Notes under the pieces: model-generated
What the model was told of the DNA's origin: nothing
Databases searched by the model: none
Seen by the model: the letters and a program-made list of their open reading frames with translations, nothing else
Source of the DNA: Sphingobacterium yanglingense
Lineage (GTDB): Bacteria; Bacteroidota; Bacteroidia; Sphingobacteriales; Sphingobacteriaceae
Reading direction: 5' to 3'
DNA: 64,000 bases
Assembly (NCBI GenBank): GCA_040395455.1
Contig: JBEBQJ010000004.1
Span: forward strand, 9,678-73,677
Translations under genes and position numbers: made by a program
Shown here: piece by piece, positions 1 through 9,796 of the stretch
Numbering within the stretch: position 1 is the first letter of the stretch
Layout: each line of letters begins with the position of its first letter

Positions 1-287
1 TCTCCTCCCCTGTCATCGGTATGGACCATCTAATATCCCGGGTCAATAAAACATTGGACCAAGACCAGTACATCCGCAATAACTATAGACGATTTGCCGA
101 ACTCACAACAAGGGAGAAAGAGATTATAACCCTACTCGCAAACGGAAAATCAAGTAATGAGATAGCAGACCAGCTCTTTATCTCTTCCCATACCGTGTCG
201 ACACACCGTAAAAATATCATTCGTAAAATTGAATGCAGTTCCTTTGCCGAACTATTGCGATTTGCCATGGCTTTTGATTTAGTTTAA
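1..287 (+). CDS. LuxR-family HTH regulator, C-terminal part (5' end probably outside the window)
   Basis: The frame is open from nt 3 up to the listed ATG at 21. The C-terminus shows the LuxR/GerE HTH pattern (TTREKEIITLLANGKSSNEIADQLFISSHTVSTHRKNIIRK). It is paralogous to the C-terminus of the next gene. Confidence 0.7.
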   Translation, partial: SSPVIGMDHLISRVNKTLDQDQYIRNNYRRFAELTTREKEIITLLANGKSSNEIADQLFISSHTVSTHRKNIIRKIECSSFAELLRFAMAFDLV

Positions 288-327
288 ACAATATGCTCTA
301 TTTTCGTATTACCTATTTGCCAATATC

Positions 328-1110
328 ATGGATTTGCTAAAGTTCGACGAAGCCAAACTAATCTGGAAACAAATATCGCAACATGCAGAAGAGATACAGC
401 TCCCTACCTCTTTTGAGCTAGAGGTCTATAAAACGCTCTTAGCACGGTTCCACGTAGGCGCCTATTACTATTATATCTTCAACCTGTCTACGATTGAAAT
501 AGAATTCGTAAGTCCCGAAATCGAAACAGTACTAGGTTACTCCCCCAATAGCTTTTCACCCAAAATGGTTTTCAACAACCTCCACCCGGAAGACCAAGAA
601 CGCTTTGTGAATTTCGAAAAAGAAGTCGCATCTTTCTTCTCAACGATTGAAGCAGACGAAATATTGAATTACAAAGTAAGCTACGATTATCGCCTACGTT
701 GTGCAGATAACACCTACAAATGGATACTCCAACAAATATCCATAATACAGAGTAATGAAAACGGGGCTATCTTACGTACACTGGGTGTACACACCGACAT
801 CACCCATCTCAAAACCGACGACAAGCCATCAGGATTATCCATAATAGGATTGGATGGTAATCCCTCCTATCTCAACATCCATCACCCGGAGGAAGACACG
901 ACATGCCCTAATGCTATTTTCACCAAGCGAGAGCGAGAAATACTCCAACTGATTCTATCCGGCAAACGCACATCACAGATTGCGACCCTATTATCCCTTT
1001 CTCCCCAAACGATCAGTACGCACCGCAAAAACATCCTTCGAAAATCGGGATGTGCCACCTTCTTCGAAATAGGACAAAGGAATCTTCAAAAGAAGAAAAA
1101 ACTCATCTAG
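328..1110 (+). CDS. PAS-domain / LuxR-family HTH transcriptional regulator
   Basis: 260-aa ORF. It has a PAS-like central segment (FVSPEIETVLGYSPNSF...LHPEDQERF...YRLRCADNTYKWILQQ) and a C-terminal LuxR HTH (TKREREILQLILSGKRTSQIATLLSLSPQTISTHRKNILRK). Confidence 0.75.
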   Translation: MDLLKFDEAKLIWKQISQHAEEIQLPTSFELEVYKTLLARFHVGAYYYYIFNLSTIEIEFVSPEIETVLGYSPNSFSPKMVFNNLHPEDQERFVNFEKEVASFFSTIEADEILNYKVSYDYRLRCADNTYKWILQQISIIQSNENGAILRTLGVHTDITHLKTDDKPSGLSIIGLDGNPSYLNIHHPEEDTTCPNAIFTKREREILQLILSGKRTSQIATLLSLSPQTISTHRKNILRKSGCATFFEIGQRNLQKKKKLI

Positions 1111-1353
1111 CCACTGAAACATCAGTAACAATGGGACTGTATTTTAGTCATCGTCATTCAAACCCAAAATCTCTCATAAACAATACTTTCCCCTATTCTG
1201 CGTTACTCCTAAATCACAGAATGATATTTTCAGATCTGCAATAAAAACCAAAAATAATACAAAACCAATCTCAAAAAACCGATTTAATTAACAAAACATC
1301 AATAAAATCGAAAAATAATTCTATTATTTATAATATTTAACACCAATTATTTC

Positions 1354-1361
1354 TATATTTG
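1354..1361 (+). promoter_or_regulatory. Candidate Bacteroidota -7 promoter box (TATATTTG) for gltBD
   Basis: Exact match to the TAnnTTTG consensus, about 115 nt upstream of the gltB ATG in a 365-nt AT-rich spacer. No clean TTTG -33 element was seen. Confidence 0.4.
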
Positions 1362-1395
1362 CAATCGCAGAAGCTAACAATTCAAAAAACAGCAA

Positions 1396-1412
1396 CCATT
1401 AACTGTTAATGG
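1396..1412. promoter_or_regulatory. 17-bp perfect palindrome CCATTAAC-T-GTTAATGG in the gltB leader (candidate operator)
   Basis: The 8-bp arms are exact reverse complements around a single central base. It lies between the -7 box candidate and the gltB start. Confidence 0.45.
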
Positions 1413-1475
1413 AACTGAGACAAACTGAATCGGCGCTTACCGCACATATACACTCAACCAAATACCAACGAAACA

Positions 1476-4400
1476 ATGCAACAAGAAGGACTCTACAACC
1501 CCGAATTTGAACACGACGCCTGTGGTGTAGGATTTGTAGCCCATATCAAGGGATATAAGTCGCATGCACAGGTAAAGGATGCGCTCACCATGTTAGAGAA
1601 TATGGAACATCGTGGTGCCTGCGGTTGTGACCCGGAAAGCGGTGATGGCGCAGGAATCATGATCCAACTACCGCATGAATTTCTATGGGAAGAGTGCATA
1701 CAACTTGGCATACAACTTCAGGAACCAGGCTATTACGGTGTAGGGATGGTATTTTTACCAAAAGACCAACAGCTCAATCAAATCTGTCGCTCGGTGATAC
1801 AGGAAGCGACAGCCGACCGTAACATGGAGTTCTTAGGATTCAGAACAGTTCCCGTCAATCGAGAAGGCATAGGCCCTACTGCTTTAAGTGCAGAACCCGA
1901 AATCGTCCAGTTCTTCGTATCTAGACCGGACGGAGTAGCCAACACCGAAGATTTTGAGCGTAAACTATATGTGCTACGCAGACTCATCATCAAAAAAATA
2001 AAAACACACCAAGCCTATCCCTTACCACTTTATATCGCCTCCTTATCCTGCAAAACTATCATATACAAGGGACAACTCACCACCTATCAGGTAGGTTCTT
2101 ATTATAAAGATTTACGGGAACCGAAAGTAGTTTCTGCCTTCGGACTAGTACACTCCCGCTTCTCTACCAATACTTTTCCTTCTTGGTCATTGGCACAGCC
2201 CTTTCGCATGATAGCCCACAATGGAGAAATCAACACCTTGACTGGCAATCTAAATTGGTTTTACGCTGGAGTACGCTCCCTTTCTTCACCTTATTTCAGT
2301 GACGAGGAGATGGAAATACTACTACCGGTTGTAGACAAAGGTCAGTCGGACTCCGCTTGCCTGGACAATGTGGTTGAGCTATTGCTCCATTCCGGGCGTA
2401 GTCTACCCCATGTCATGCTGATGCTGGTACCAGAAGCCTGGGATGGAAATACGCAAATGGATCCCTTGAAAAAGGCATTCTATGAATACCATGCCACATT
2501 AATGGAACCATGGGATGGCCCAGCCGCATTATGCTTTACCGATGGCAACACCATTGGTGCTACACTAGATCGCAATGGGTTGCGACCATTACGGTATGCC
2601 ATAACATCCGACGATCGTGTCATCGTGGCATCCGAAGCCGGAGCATTACCGATAGATGAATCCTCCATTATAAAAAAGGGAAGACAACAACCTGGCAAGA
2701 TATTCGTTGTCGACATGCAACAGGGACTGATCCGCTCGGATGAAGAGGTCAAAGGCGAACTAATCCGCCAGCAACCTTATGGAGACTGGATCAATCAGTA
2801 CAAAATCAAACTGGAAGAGCTGGCAGAGCCTCGTGTCACATTCACCTATCTATCCAAAGAGTCGGTATTTAAATACCAGCAGGCCTTTGGTTATTCGCGT
2901 GAAGATCTGGAGACTATTTTGACTCCTATGGCACTGACGGGTTACGAACCGATAGGCTCGATGGGTACCGATGTACCATTGGCCGTACTATCCGACCAGC
3001 CACAGCATCTGTCGTCCTATTTCAAACAGTTCTTTGCGCAGGTGACCAATCCACCGATCGACCCTATACGTGAGCGACTCGTAATGAGCTTGGCTACATT
3101 TATCGGCAACGCCGGCAACATATTAATAGAAGACAAAAAATTCTGTCACTGTGTGACACTCGAACATCCCATATTGACTTCCAGTGAACTGGAAAAACTA
3201 CGTTCTATAGACACGGGGGTATTTCAGGCCAAAACATTACAGGCCTATTTTCGTGCTGACGGCAAACCAGGCTCTTTGGAAGCAGGCATAGAGCGCCTAT
3301 GCCGTTATGCCGACGATGCTGTACGGGATGGCTTTGAGGTCATTATACTTTCTGACCGGGCAATAGATTCGCAACATGCTGCTATCCCATCTATACTTGC
3401 GGTATCGGCTGTACATCACCACCTCATAAAAACCGGAAACCGCGGTGCCGTAGGCCTGGTGGTCGAAGCCGGAGACGCCCTCGAAGTACATCACTTTGCT
3501 TGTTTACTTGCCTTTGGCGCAACAGCAATCAATCCTTATCTGGCACTAGCAAGCATACGAACCTTAAAAGCGGAAAACCTGCTTGACACGGAATTAACCT
3601 GGGAAGAATTACGCAAAAACTATGTCAAAGCAGTATGCAACGGTCTATTGAAGATATTCTCCAAAATGGGGATATCTACTTTACAGTCGTACCATGGTGC
3701 TCAGATATTTGAAGTGCTTGGTATCGACAAATCAGTGGTAGATACGTATTTCTGCGGTGCGGTATCCCGCATAGGAGGACTTAATCTAGATGATATTGCC
3801 AAGGAGGCGCTAGCCAAACACAAGCGAAGCTTCGAAAGCTCACGCACACCTAAAAACCTATTGGCCGAAGGGGGGATCTACCAATGGAAGAGACGGGGGG
3901 AAGGCCACCTTTGGAATCCCCAAACGGTACACCTGCTGCAACAGGCTTGCCACACAGGCGACTTTGATACTTATAAAAAATATTCGGCACTGATCAACAA
4001 CCAAGAGGAACATCTGTTTACCTTACGAGGATTGCTCGATTTTGCCAAACACCGCACCGCTATTGCTATCGACGAAGTAGAGCCTGCGAGCGAAATCATG
4101 AAACGATTTGCCACAGGTGCAATGTCTTTTGGGTCAATATCACATGAGGCACACAGCACACTGGCCATTGCAATGAACCGCATCGGAGGCAAATCCAATA
4201 CTGGGGAAGGTGGCGAAGATGAAATCCGCTATGAAAAACTGCCCAATGGGGACTCGATGCGGTCGGCCATCAAACAAGTGGCTTCTGCCCGTTTTGGCGT
4301 AACATCCAACTACCTCACACAGGCCGATGAGATACAGATTAAAATGGCTCAAGGAGCCAAACCTGGTGAAGGCGGACAGCTCCCAGGCCATAAAGTGGAC

Positions 4401-5975
4401 GAATGGATTGCAAAAGTACGTCACGCAACACCTGGCGTAGGCTTGATATCTCCACCTCCGCACCACGACATTTATTCTATCGAAGATTTAGCACAGCTGA
4501 TATTTGACCTTAAAAATGCCAACCGCGATGCCCGAATCAATGTAAAACTGGTATCAAAAGCAGGTGTAGGAACCATCGCTGCGGGTGTAGCCAAAGCCCA
4601 TTCGGACGTCATATTAATAGCAGGATATGATGGCGGTACAGGAGCCTCTCCTATCAGCTCTATCAAACATGCCGGCCTACCTTGGGAATTAGGTCTTGCT
4701 GAAGCGCATCAGACACTCGTAATAAATAAACTACGGAGCCGTGTGGTGCTACAGGCCGACGGACAGATGAAAACTGGACGCGACTTGGTTATCGCTACGC
4801 TCTTAGGAGCCGAAGAATGGGGAGTAGCTACAGCTGCTCTTGTCGCAGGAGGCTGTATCATGATGCGCAAATGCCATCTAAACACCTGCCCTGTTGGTGT
4901 CGCCACTCAAGATCCGGAGTTGCGGAAACTATTCTCCGGCAAACCAGAAGATATTGTACACCTCTTCCAGTTCCTAGCGGAAGAAATGCGTGAAATCATG
5001 GCGCAGCTCGGATTCCGAACGATCAATGAAATGGTCGGAAGAGCGCAGTTTCTAAAAAAGAAGGAGCACATAACACACTGGAAGGCTAATAAAGTAGACT
5101 TTAAAGACCTGCTCCATGTCGCCCACAACGAAATGGGCGAAACCCTATACAACACCGAAGAACAAGACCATGGCATGGCTATGATCTTAGACTGGGGCTT
5201 ATTGAAGCAGGCAAAACCAGCATTAGAAAGTAAAACTCCTGTATTCGGCACTTTCCGAGTAAAAAATACCGACCGCACGATAGGAACACTGCTTTCCAAC
5301 GAAATATCTAAGATATATGGTTCTGACGGGCTACCAGACAATACCATCAACTTTAAATTTGAAGGATCTGCAGGTCAATCTTTTGGAGCTTTCAACACCA
5401 AGGGGATATCGCTTGAGCTGGAAGGTGAAGCAAACGACTACGTAGGCAAGGGGCTATCAGGAGCACAGTTGGCCATCTATCCGGCAAAAGAAAGCACTTT
5501 GGTGCCACACGAAAATATTATCATTGGCAATGTCGCATTGTATGGTGCTACCTCCGGCCACCTATTTATCAATGGAATGGCTGGAGAGCGATTTGCCGTC
5601 CGTAACTCTGGCGCCACTGCCATCGTAGAAGGTATTGGCGACCACGGTTGCGAATACATGACCGGAGGGCGGGCGCTCATCCTCGGAGAGACTGGACGCA
5701 ACTTTGCAGCAGGTATGAGCGGAGGAATAGCCTGGATATATGACATTAAAGGAACCTTCCGTGATAAATGTAACCAGGAAATGGTAGACCTCGACCCCTT
5801 AGAATCTGAGGATGAATCTGCTATTATCGCACTATTGAAAAGGCATATACACCTCACTAATAGCGAGCGGGCAGCCTATATCCTCCAGAACTGGGCATCA
5901 GAAAAGAACAGATTCATCAAAGTATTCCCGCGTGAATACAAAAATGTAATCCGCAAACAATTGGTTGTAGCTTAA
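1476..5975 (+). CDS. gltB: Glutamate synthase large subunit
   Basis: 1499-aa ORF. It has the N-terminal Ntn amidotransferase start (EFEHDACGVGFVAHIKG), an FMN/central domain (KPGEGGQLPG...ISPPPHHDIYSIEDLAQLI) and the C-terminal GXGXG-type domain. Confidence 0.97.
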   Translation: MQQEGLYNPEFEHDACGVGFVAHIKGYKSHAQVKDALTMLENMEHRGACGCDPESGDGAGIMIQLPHEFLWEECIQLGIQLQEPGYYGVGMVFLPKDQQLNQICRSVIQEATADRNMEFLGFRTVPVNREGIGPTALSAEPEIVQFFVSRPDGVANTEDFERKLYVLRRLIIKKIKTHQAYPLPLYIASLSCKTIIYKGQLTTYQVGSYYKDLREPKVVSAFGLVHSRFSTNTFPSWSLAQPFRMIAHNGEINTLTGNLNWFYAGVRSLSSPYFSDEEMEILLPVVDKGQSDSACLDNVVELLLHSGRSLPHVMLMLVPEAWDGNTQMDPLKKAFYEYHATLMEPWDGPAALCFTDGNTIGATLDRNGLRPLRYAITSDDRVIVASEAGALPIDESSIIKKGRQQPGKIFVVDMQQGLIRSDEEVKGELIRQQPYGDWINQYKIKLEELAEPRVTFTYLSKESVFKYQQAFGYSREDLETILTPMALTGYEPIGSMGTDVPLAVLSDQPQHLSSYFKQFFAQVTNPPIDPIRERLVMSLATFIGNAGNILIEDKKFCHCVTLEHPILTSSELEKLRSIDTGVFQAKTLQAYFRADGKPGSLEAGIERLCRYADDAVRDGFEVIILSDRAIDSQHAAIPSILAVSAVHHHLIKTGNRGAVGLVVEAGDALEVHHFACLLAFGATAINPYLALASIRTLKAENLLDTELTWEELRKNYVKAVCNGLLKIFSKMGISTLQSYHGAQIFEVLGIDKSVVDTYFCGAVSRIGGLNLDDIAKEALAKHKRSFESSRTPKNLLAEGGIYQWKRRGEGHLWNPQTVHLLQQACHTGDFDTYKKYSALINNQEEHLFTLRGLLDFAKHRTAIAIDEVEPASEIMKRFATGAMSFGSISHEAHSTLAIAMNRIGGKSNTGEGGEDEIRYEKLPNGDSMRSAIKQVASARFGVTSNYLTQADEIQIKMAQGAKPGEGGQLPGHKVDEWIAKVRHATPGVGLISPPPHHDIYSIEDLAQLIFDLKNANRDARINVKLVSKAGVGTIAAGVAKAHSDVILIAGYDGGTGASPISSIKHAGLPWELGLAEAHQTLVINKLRSRVVLQADGQMKTGRDLVIATLLGAEEWGVATAALVAGGCIMMRKCHLNTCPVGVATQDPELRKLFSGKPEDIVHLFQFLAEEMREIMAQLGFRTINEMVGRAQFLKKKEHITHWKANKVDFKDLLHVAHNEMGETLYNTEEQDHGMAMILDWGLLKQAKPALESKTPVFGTFRVKNTDRTIGTLLSNEISKIYGSDGLPDNTINFKFEGSAGQSFGAFNTKGISLELEGEANDYVGKGLSGAQLAIYPAKESTLVPHENIIIGNVALYGATSGHLFINGMAGERFAVRNSGATAIVEGIGDHGCEYMTGGRALILGETGRNFAAGMSGGIAWIYDIKGTFRDKCNQEMVDLDPLESEDESAIIALLKRHIHLTNSERAAYILQNWASEKNRFIKVFPREYKNVIRKQLVVA

Positions 5976-5989
5976 ATAATCAACGAAAC

Positions 5990-7456
5990 ATGGGAAAAGC
6001 GACAGGATTTTTAGAATTTGATAGACTGGCTCCTCAGAAAGAGCCTATAGAAAGCAGAACAAAAAACTATCAGGAATTTGTTCACAGCTACTCCGACAAG
6101 CAACTTAATGACCAAGCAGCGCGTTGTATGAATTGCGGGATTCCGTTTTGCCACTCAGGTTGCCCGCTAGGGAATGTAATCCCCGAGTTCAACGATGCGG
6201 TATACGACGGAAAGTGGGAAGATGCTTACAACATATTGACATCAACCAACAACTTTCCGGAATTCACGGGACGCATCTGTCCTGCTCCATGCGAATCGGC
6301 CTGTGTATTGGGCATCAACAAAAGCCCGGTGGCTATCGAGGAAATCGAAAAACATATTATTGAAATAGCCTATAAAAAGGGATATGTTAAGCCTAACAAA
6401 TCTTATCTCAAAACAGGTAAGAAAGTAGCCGTGGTAGGTTCTGGTCCAGCGGGGCTGGCTAGCGCGGCACAATTGAATAAAGCAGGTCACGATGTGGTCG
6501 TGTACGAACGCGACGATCAATTGGGCGGGCTGCTACGCTACGGCATACCTGATTTTAAACTGGATAAATCGGTTATCGATAGACGTATACAGATTATGGT
6601 AGAATCTGGAATCGAATTCCGTACGAATGCAGAAGTAGGGACAAATATCCCTGTATCTGAGCTCGACCAATATGATGCTGTAGTGCTCGCAGGTGGATCG
6701 ACCATCCCCCGCGATCTCAATATCCCGGGGCGCGAATTACAGGGGGTACATTATGCCATGGAGTTTCTCAAACAGCAGAACAAACGTGTAGGCAATTCTC
6801 CAATCGAAGTACCTCAGATACATGCAGAAGGCAAAAATGTATTGGTCATCGGTGGTGGTGACACGGGGTCTGACTGCGTAGGCACCTCTAATCGCCATGG
6901 CGCTAAATCTGTCACTCAATTTGAGCTGATGCCCCAGCCACCGCAAAGCCGTACCGAAGCGATGCCCTGGCCGACCTACCCTATGTTACTAAAGACCACA
7001 ACTTCACACGAAGAAGGATGTCAACGACACTGGAGCATCAGTACTAAAGCATTTCTGGGGAATGACAGCGGGCAATTACGTGCAGCCCTTGTCGTAGATC
7101 TGGAATGGGAAAGTGATGCTTTTGGAAGACCTACTAAGTTCAAAGAAATTGCAGGTTCGGAGCGAGAGATTCCTTGTGAGCTAGTGACACTAGCCATGGG
7201 ATTCCTACATCCACAACAGGAAGGGTTGCTCCAACAATTGAATATTGCTCGGGATGAACGTGGGAATGTAAAAGCGACAGAAAGAGATTACAAAACAAAT
7301 ACCGACAAATACTTTGCAGCAGGTGACATGCGTAGAGGACAATCGCTGGTCGTATGGGCAATATCCGAGGGCCGGGAGTGCGCACGTAAGGTAGACGAAT
7401 TCCTTATGGGCAGCACCGAACTCGAGAGCAAAGAAGCCGTACAACAGTACGCCTAA
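5990..7456 (+). CDS. gltD: Glutamate synthase small subunit (NAD(P)H)
   Basis: 488 aa. It has Fe-S Cys clusters (CMNCGIPFCHSGCP, CPAPCESAC) and a dinucleotide fold (VAVVGSGPAGLASA). It starts 14 nt after gltB. Confidence 0.95.
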   Translation: MGKATGFLEFDRLAPQKEPIESRTKNYQEFVHSYSDKQLNDQAARCMNCGIPFCHSGCPLGNVIPEFNDAVYDGKWEDAYNILTSTNNFPEFTGRICPAPCESACVLGINKSPVAIEEIEKHIIEIAYKKGYVKPNKSYLKTGKKVAVVGSGPAGLASAAQLNKAGHDVVVYERDDQLGGLLRYGIPDFKLDKSVIDRRIQIMVESGIEFRTNAEVGTNIPVSELDQYDAVVLAGGSTIPRDLNIPGRELQGVHYAMEFLKQQNKRVGNSPIEVPQIHAEGKNVLVIGGGDTGSDCVGTSNRHGAKSVTQFELMPQPPQSRTEAMPWPTYPMLLKTTTSHEEGCQRHWSISTKAFLGNDSGQLRAALVVDLEWESDAFGRPTKFKEIAGSEREIPCELVTLAMGFLHPQQEGLLQQLNIARDERGNVKATERDYKTNTDKYFAAGDMRRGQSLVVWAISEGRECARKVDEFLMGSTELESKEAVQQYA

Positions 7457-7500
7457 AACAATAGTTACTAATTCATCAATCTATATTTTTTCTTCTATTA

Positions 7501-7531
7501 GACCTCTCCGAGCAATCGGAGAGGTCTTTTT
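7501..7531 (+). terminator. Rho-independent terminator after gltD
   Basis: GACCTCTCCGA-GCAA-TCGGAGAGGTC forms a perfect 11-bp stem followed by TTTTT. Confidence 0.85.
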
Positions 7532-7630
7532 CAACCACATCACTTATTCCATTTCAAACCGAAAACACAAAATAATATTTCGGACAAAAAACACATCATA
7601 AAAATATATTTTACATAAGTGAATTTTTCG

Positions 7631-7638
7631 TACTTTTG
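7631..7638 (+). promoter_or_regulatory. Candidate -7 promoter box (TACTTTTG)
   Basis: Exact TAnnTTTG match 36 nt upstream of the ATG at 7674. Confidence 0.45.
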
Positions 7639-7673
7639 CAGTCGATTTAAAAGATCAATTGTAAATAGGTTTT

Positions 7674-9671
7674 ATGACTCGTACAGTCCACCATTTTTTT
7701 GGCAAGGAGTTTAGCAAAGATGCCCTAAGAAACATCCTTGTTATCCTACTCCCTGCTGTCTTACTCTTCTATACCGTAAGTCTGGATGTTGCCATAGCAT
7801 TCGCCGTTGGGGTAATACTATCTTCACTGACCGATTTACCCGGGAATAGGCAGGACAAAACGATGACCGCTATCTGGTGCACTCCCTTATTTGCCTTCAC
7901 CGCATTTTGTACCGCATTGGCACTACATTATCTATCATGGGGTATATTACCGATTTTGGGTATCTGGGGCTTCATCTGTACATTATTGATTGTATTAGGC
8001 CCCAGGTGGGGCGTGATTGGCAACCTAACACTAATTGTTATCAGTTTTACAATCGGGCTCAAACCACAAGATCCCCTCATTTTTGCACTATCTTTTAGTC
8101 TAGGGACATGCAGCTTTTTTGCGGTCAGTCTACTGCAAGCTTATTTGTCCCCTTATCGCTCCTTAAAATATGCGATGAAAGAAGGGTTCGAACAAATGGC
8201 CACGCTGCTACAGGCAAAAATAAAATGTTATGACGAGAAGACACCATTGGAACAGGTGTATAGAGAACTCAGTTTACTTCATATCAAAATAAGTGAGCAG
8301 CTAGAGAGCATCCGCTCTCTACTACTCCGCGAAAAGGCATTAATTTCATCCAGCCAACATGCCGACCTTATTTGGTTAAACAAAATCTATCGATTAATAG
8401 ACCTCTATGAACTATTAATGGGGATAGATACGGACTATGAAACCATACGTGAAAAACTGAAACATTCGGAAGTACTTCCTATAATCAGGCATATCCTTTT
8501 GTTGCTCTCTGACGAAATCAAGGACCTGGAAAACAGTAATTCTTACCATGCCCTATCGAAAAACCACACACAGATTAGCGTGGATATACAGAAGCTAGAA
8601 GAAATACAGGCCAGAGCAAACAGCGAGACCAGATCGCTAATCAACCCGATTCTAATCCATATCAAGCATATCGTAGCCATCGTTCAACAGATTCAACAAG
8701 CTACTATTGTACAGGACCCCACTTGGGTGAGCACAGCGGCATACAAAAACTTTGTGCCTACTACAAACAAACGGCAGGTCATCGCAAAACACATCAAGAC
8801 CAAGTCGCCCATATTGATATACTCGATACGTATGGCCACACTACTGATGTTGTCGGGACTCGTAGGCTACACACTCCCAGAATACCGATACGCCTCTTGG
8901 ATCATACTGACTGTAATCCTCGTGGCACGCCCAAGCTATGCCACTACACAAAGGAGAAACTATCAACGTATCGTAGGTTCACTCATAGGTATTGCCATCA
9001 GTTTGCTGATTACACTCGTCACGCACGAACCTATGCTATTGCTCTCGATCGCAGCAATCACGCTATACGGTTTCTTTTTATTTAACAAACCAGACTACCT
9101 AGTCTGTGTGATATTCATTACTATCGCCGCTATACTGGCCCTACATCTATATGAAGGTAACATCTGGGATTTACTAGGAAGCCGGCTAGCCTTTACACTG
9201 TTGGGCTCTACCCTAGCCTTGATAGGTTGCTTTGCGCTACCGGTAAATCATCGGAAAACCATGAAAAGCCTGTCCGACACGCTCATTGATAACTATCAAA
9301 ACTACTACCAAAGACTTCGCGCCCGTCTTTGTGAAGAAACGATAGATCATCAAGAGCTGAGACTCGTTCGGAAACACGCACAGACTTCGCTCGCTCAGCT
9401 GTACGATAGCTTGGACCAATTCCAGAAAGAACCCCGCTATAAAAAGCTGGACTGGACCGATATAATTTCCTTCCAGACACTAGCTTATCGCATTAACGCA
9501 CTGTTGGTCGGTATCTCAGTAAGTATCACCAAATCGATCGAACAGGAAAATGATACCGCTCTACTACAGCGACTCCACAATATCGAAGCGCTAATCAATG
9601 AGCTATATGAATTGGGGCAATCTGAAAAACTGACCAATAAAACACACAAAGCTCCGGCAGCAGTAAGTTAA
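7674..9671 (+). CDS. FUSC / YccS-like integral membrane protein
   Basis: 665 aa. Two multi-helix hydrophobic blocks (residues about 20-160 and 390-520) are separated and followed by long helical soluble segments. This is the architecture of the fusaric-acid-resistance (FUSC/YccS) family. Confidence 0.55.
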   Translation: MTRTVHHFFGKEFSKDALRNILVILLPAVLLFYTVSLDVAIAFAVGVILSSLTDLPGNRQDKTMTAIWCTPLFAFTAFCTALALHYLSWGILPILGIWGFICTLLIVLGPRWGVIGNLTLIVISFTIGLKPQDPLIFALSFSLGTCSFFAVSLLQAYLSPYRSLKYAMKEGFEQMATLLQAKIKCYDEKTPLEQVYRELSLLHIKISEQLESIRSLLLREKALISSSQHADLIWLNKIYRLIDLYELLMGIDTDYETIREKLKHSEVLPIIRHILLLLSDEIKDLENSNSYHALSKNHTQISVDIQKLEEIQARANSETRSLINPILIHIKHIVAIVQQIQQATIVQDPTWVSTAAYKNFVPTTNKRQVIAKHIKTKSPILIYSIRMATLLMLSGLVGYTLPEYRYASWIILTVILVARPSYATTQRRNYQRIVGSLIGIAISLLITLVTHEPMLLLSIAAITLYGFFLFNKPDYLVCVIFITIAAILALHLYEGNIWDLLGSRLAFTLLGSTLALIGCFALPVNHRKTMKSLSDTLIDNYQNYYQRLRARLCEETIDHQELRLVRKHAQTSLAQLYDSLDQFQKEPRYKKLDWTDIISFQTLAYRINALLVGISVSITKSIEQENDTALLQRLHNIEALINELYELGQSEKLTNKTHKAPAAVS

Positions 9672-9718
9672 AAAAACAATACTCTACTGAATTAGTATAT
9701 TATTCCGAAGAAATAGTT

Positions 9719-9726
9719 TATTTTTG
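9719..9726 (+). promoter_or_regulatory. Candidate -7 promoter box (TATTTTTG) in front of nuoH
   Basis: Exact TAnnTTTG match 70 nt upstream of the nuoH start, in the spacer after an unrelated gene. Confidence 0.4.
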
Positions 9727-9796
9727 GATTATAGAAAACCAAAACGGCCTGTTTACCTCATAATTGTACGTATGACATGCCTATGATAGTTTTTCT

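Noticed and set aside
1050-1244. Possible frameshift at the 3' end of the PAS-LuxR gene. Its C-terminus ends in QKKKKLI over an A-run, and an overlapping 64-aa ORF exists.
   Set aside because: The HTH is complete in the annotated frame. Neither alternative frame restores a more typical LuxR C-terminus. The 64-aa ORF has no recognisable features.
1493-5857. Numerous 60-147-aa minus-strand ORFs inside gltB in the ORF track. Equivalents occur inside nuoL (13110-13550), the Caps_synth-like gene (18597-19037), the MBL gene (47072-47545), the acidic-tail gene (62573-63061) and elsewhere.
   Set aside because: They lie antisense within long ORFs that carry unambiguous family motifs. Their sequences are low-complexity or compositionally odd, and no family motif is recognisable. 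I treat them as shadow ORFs.
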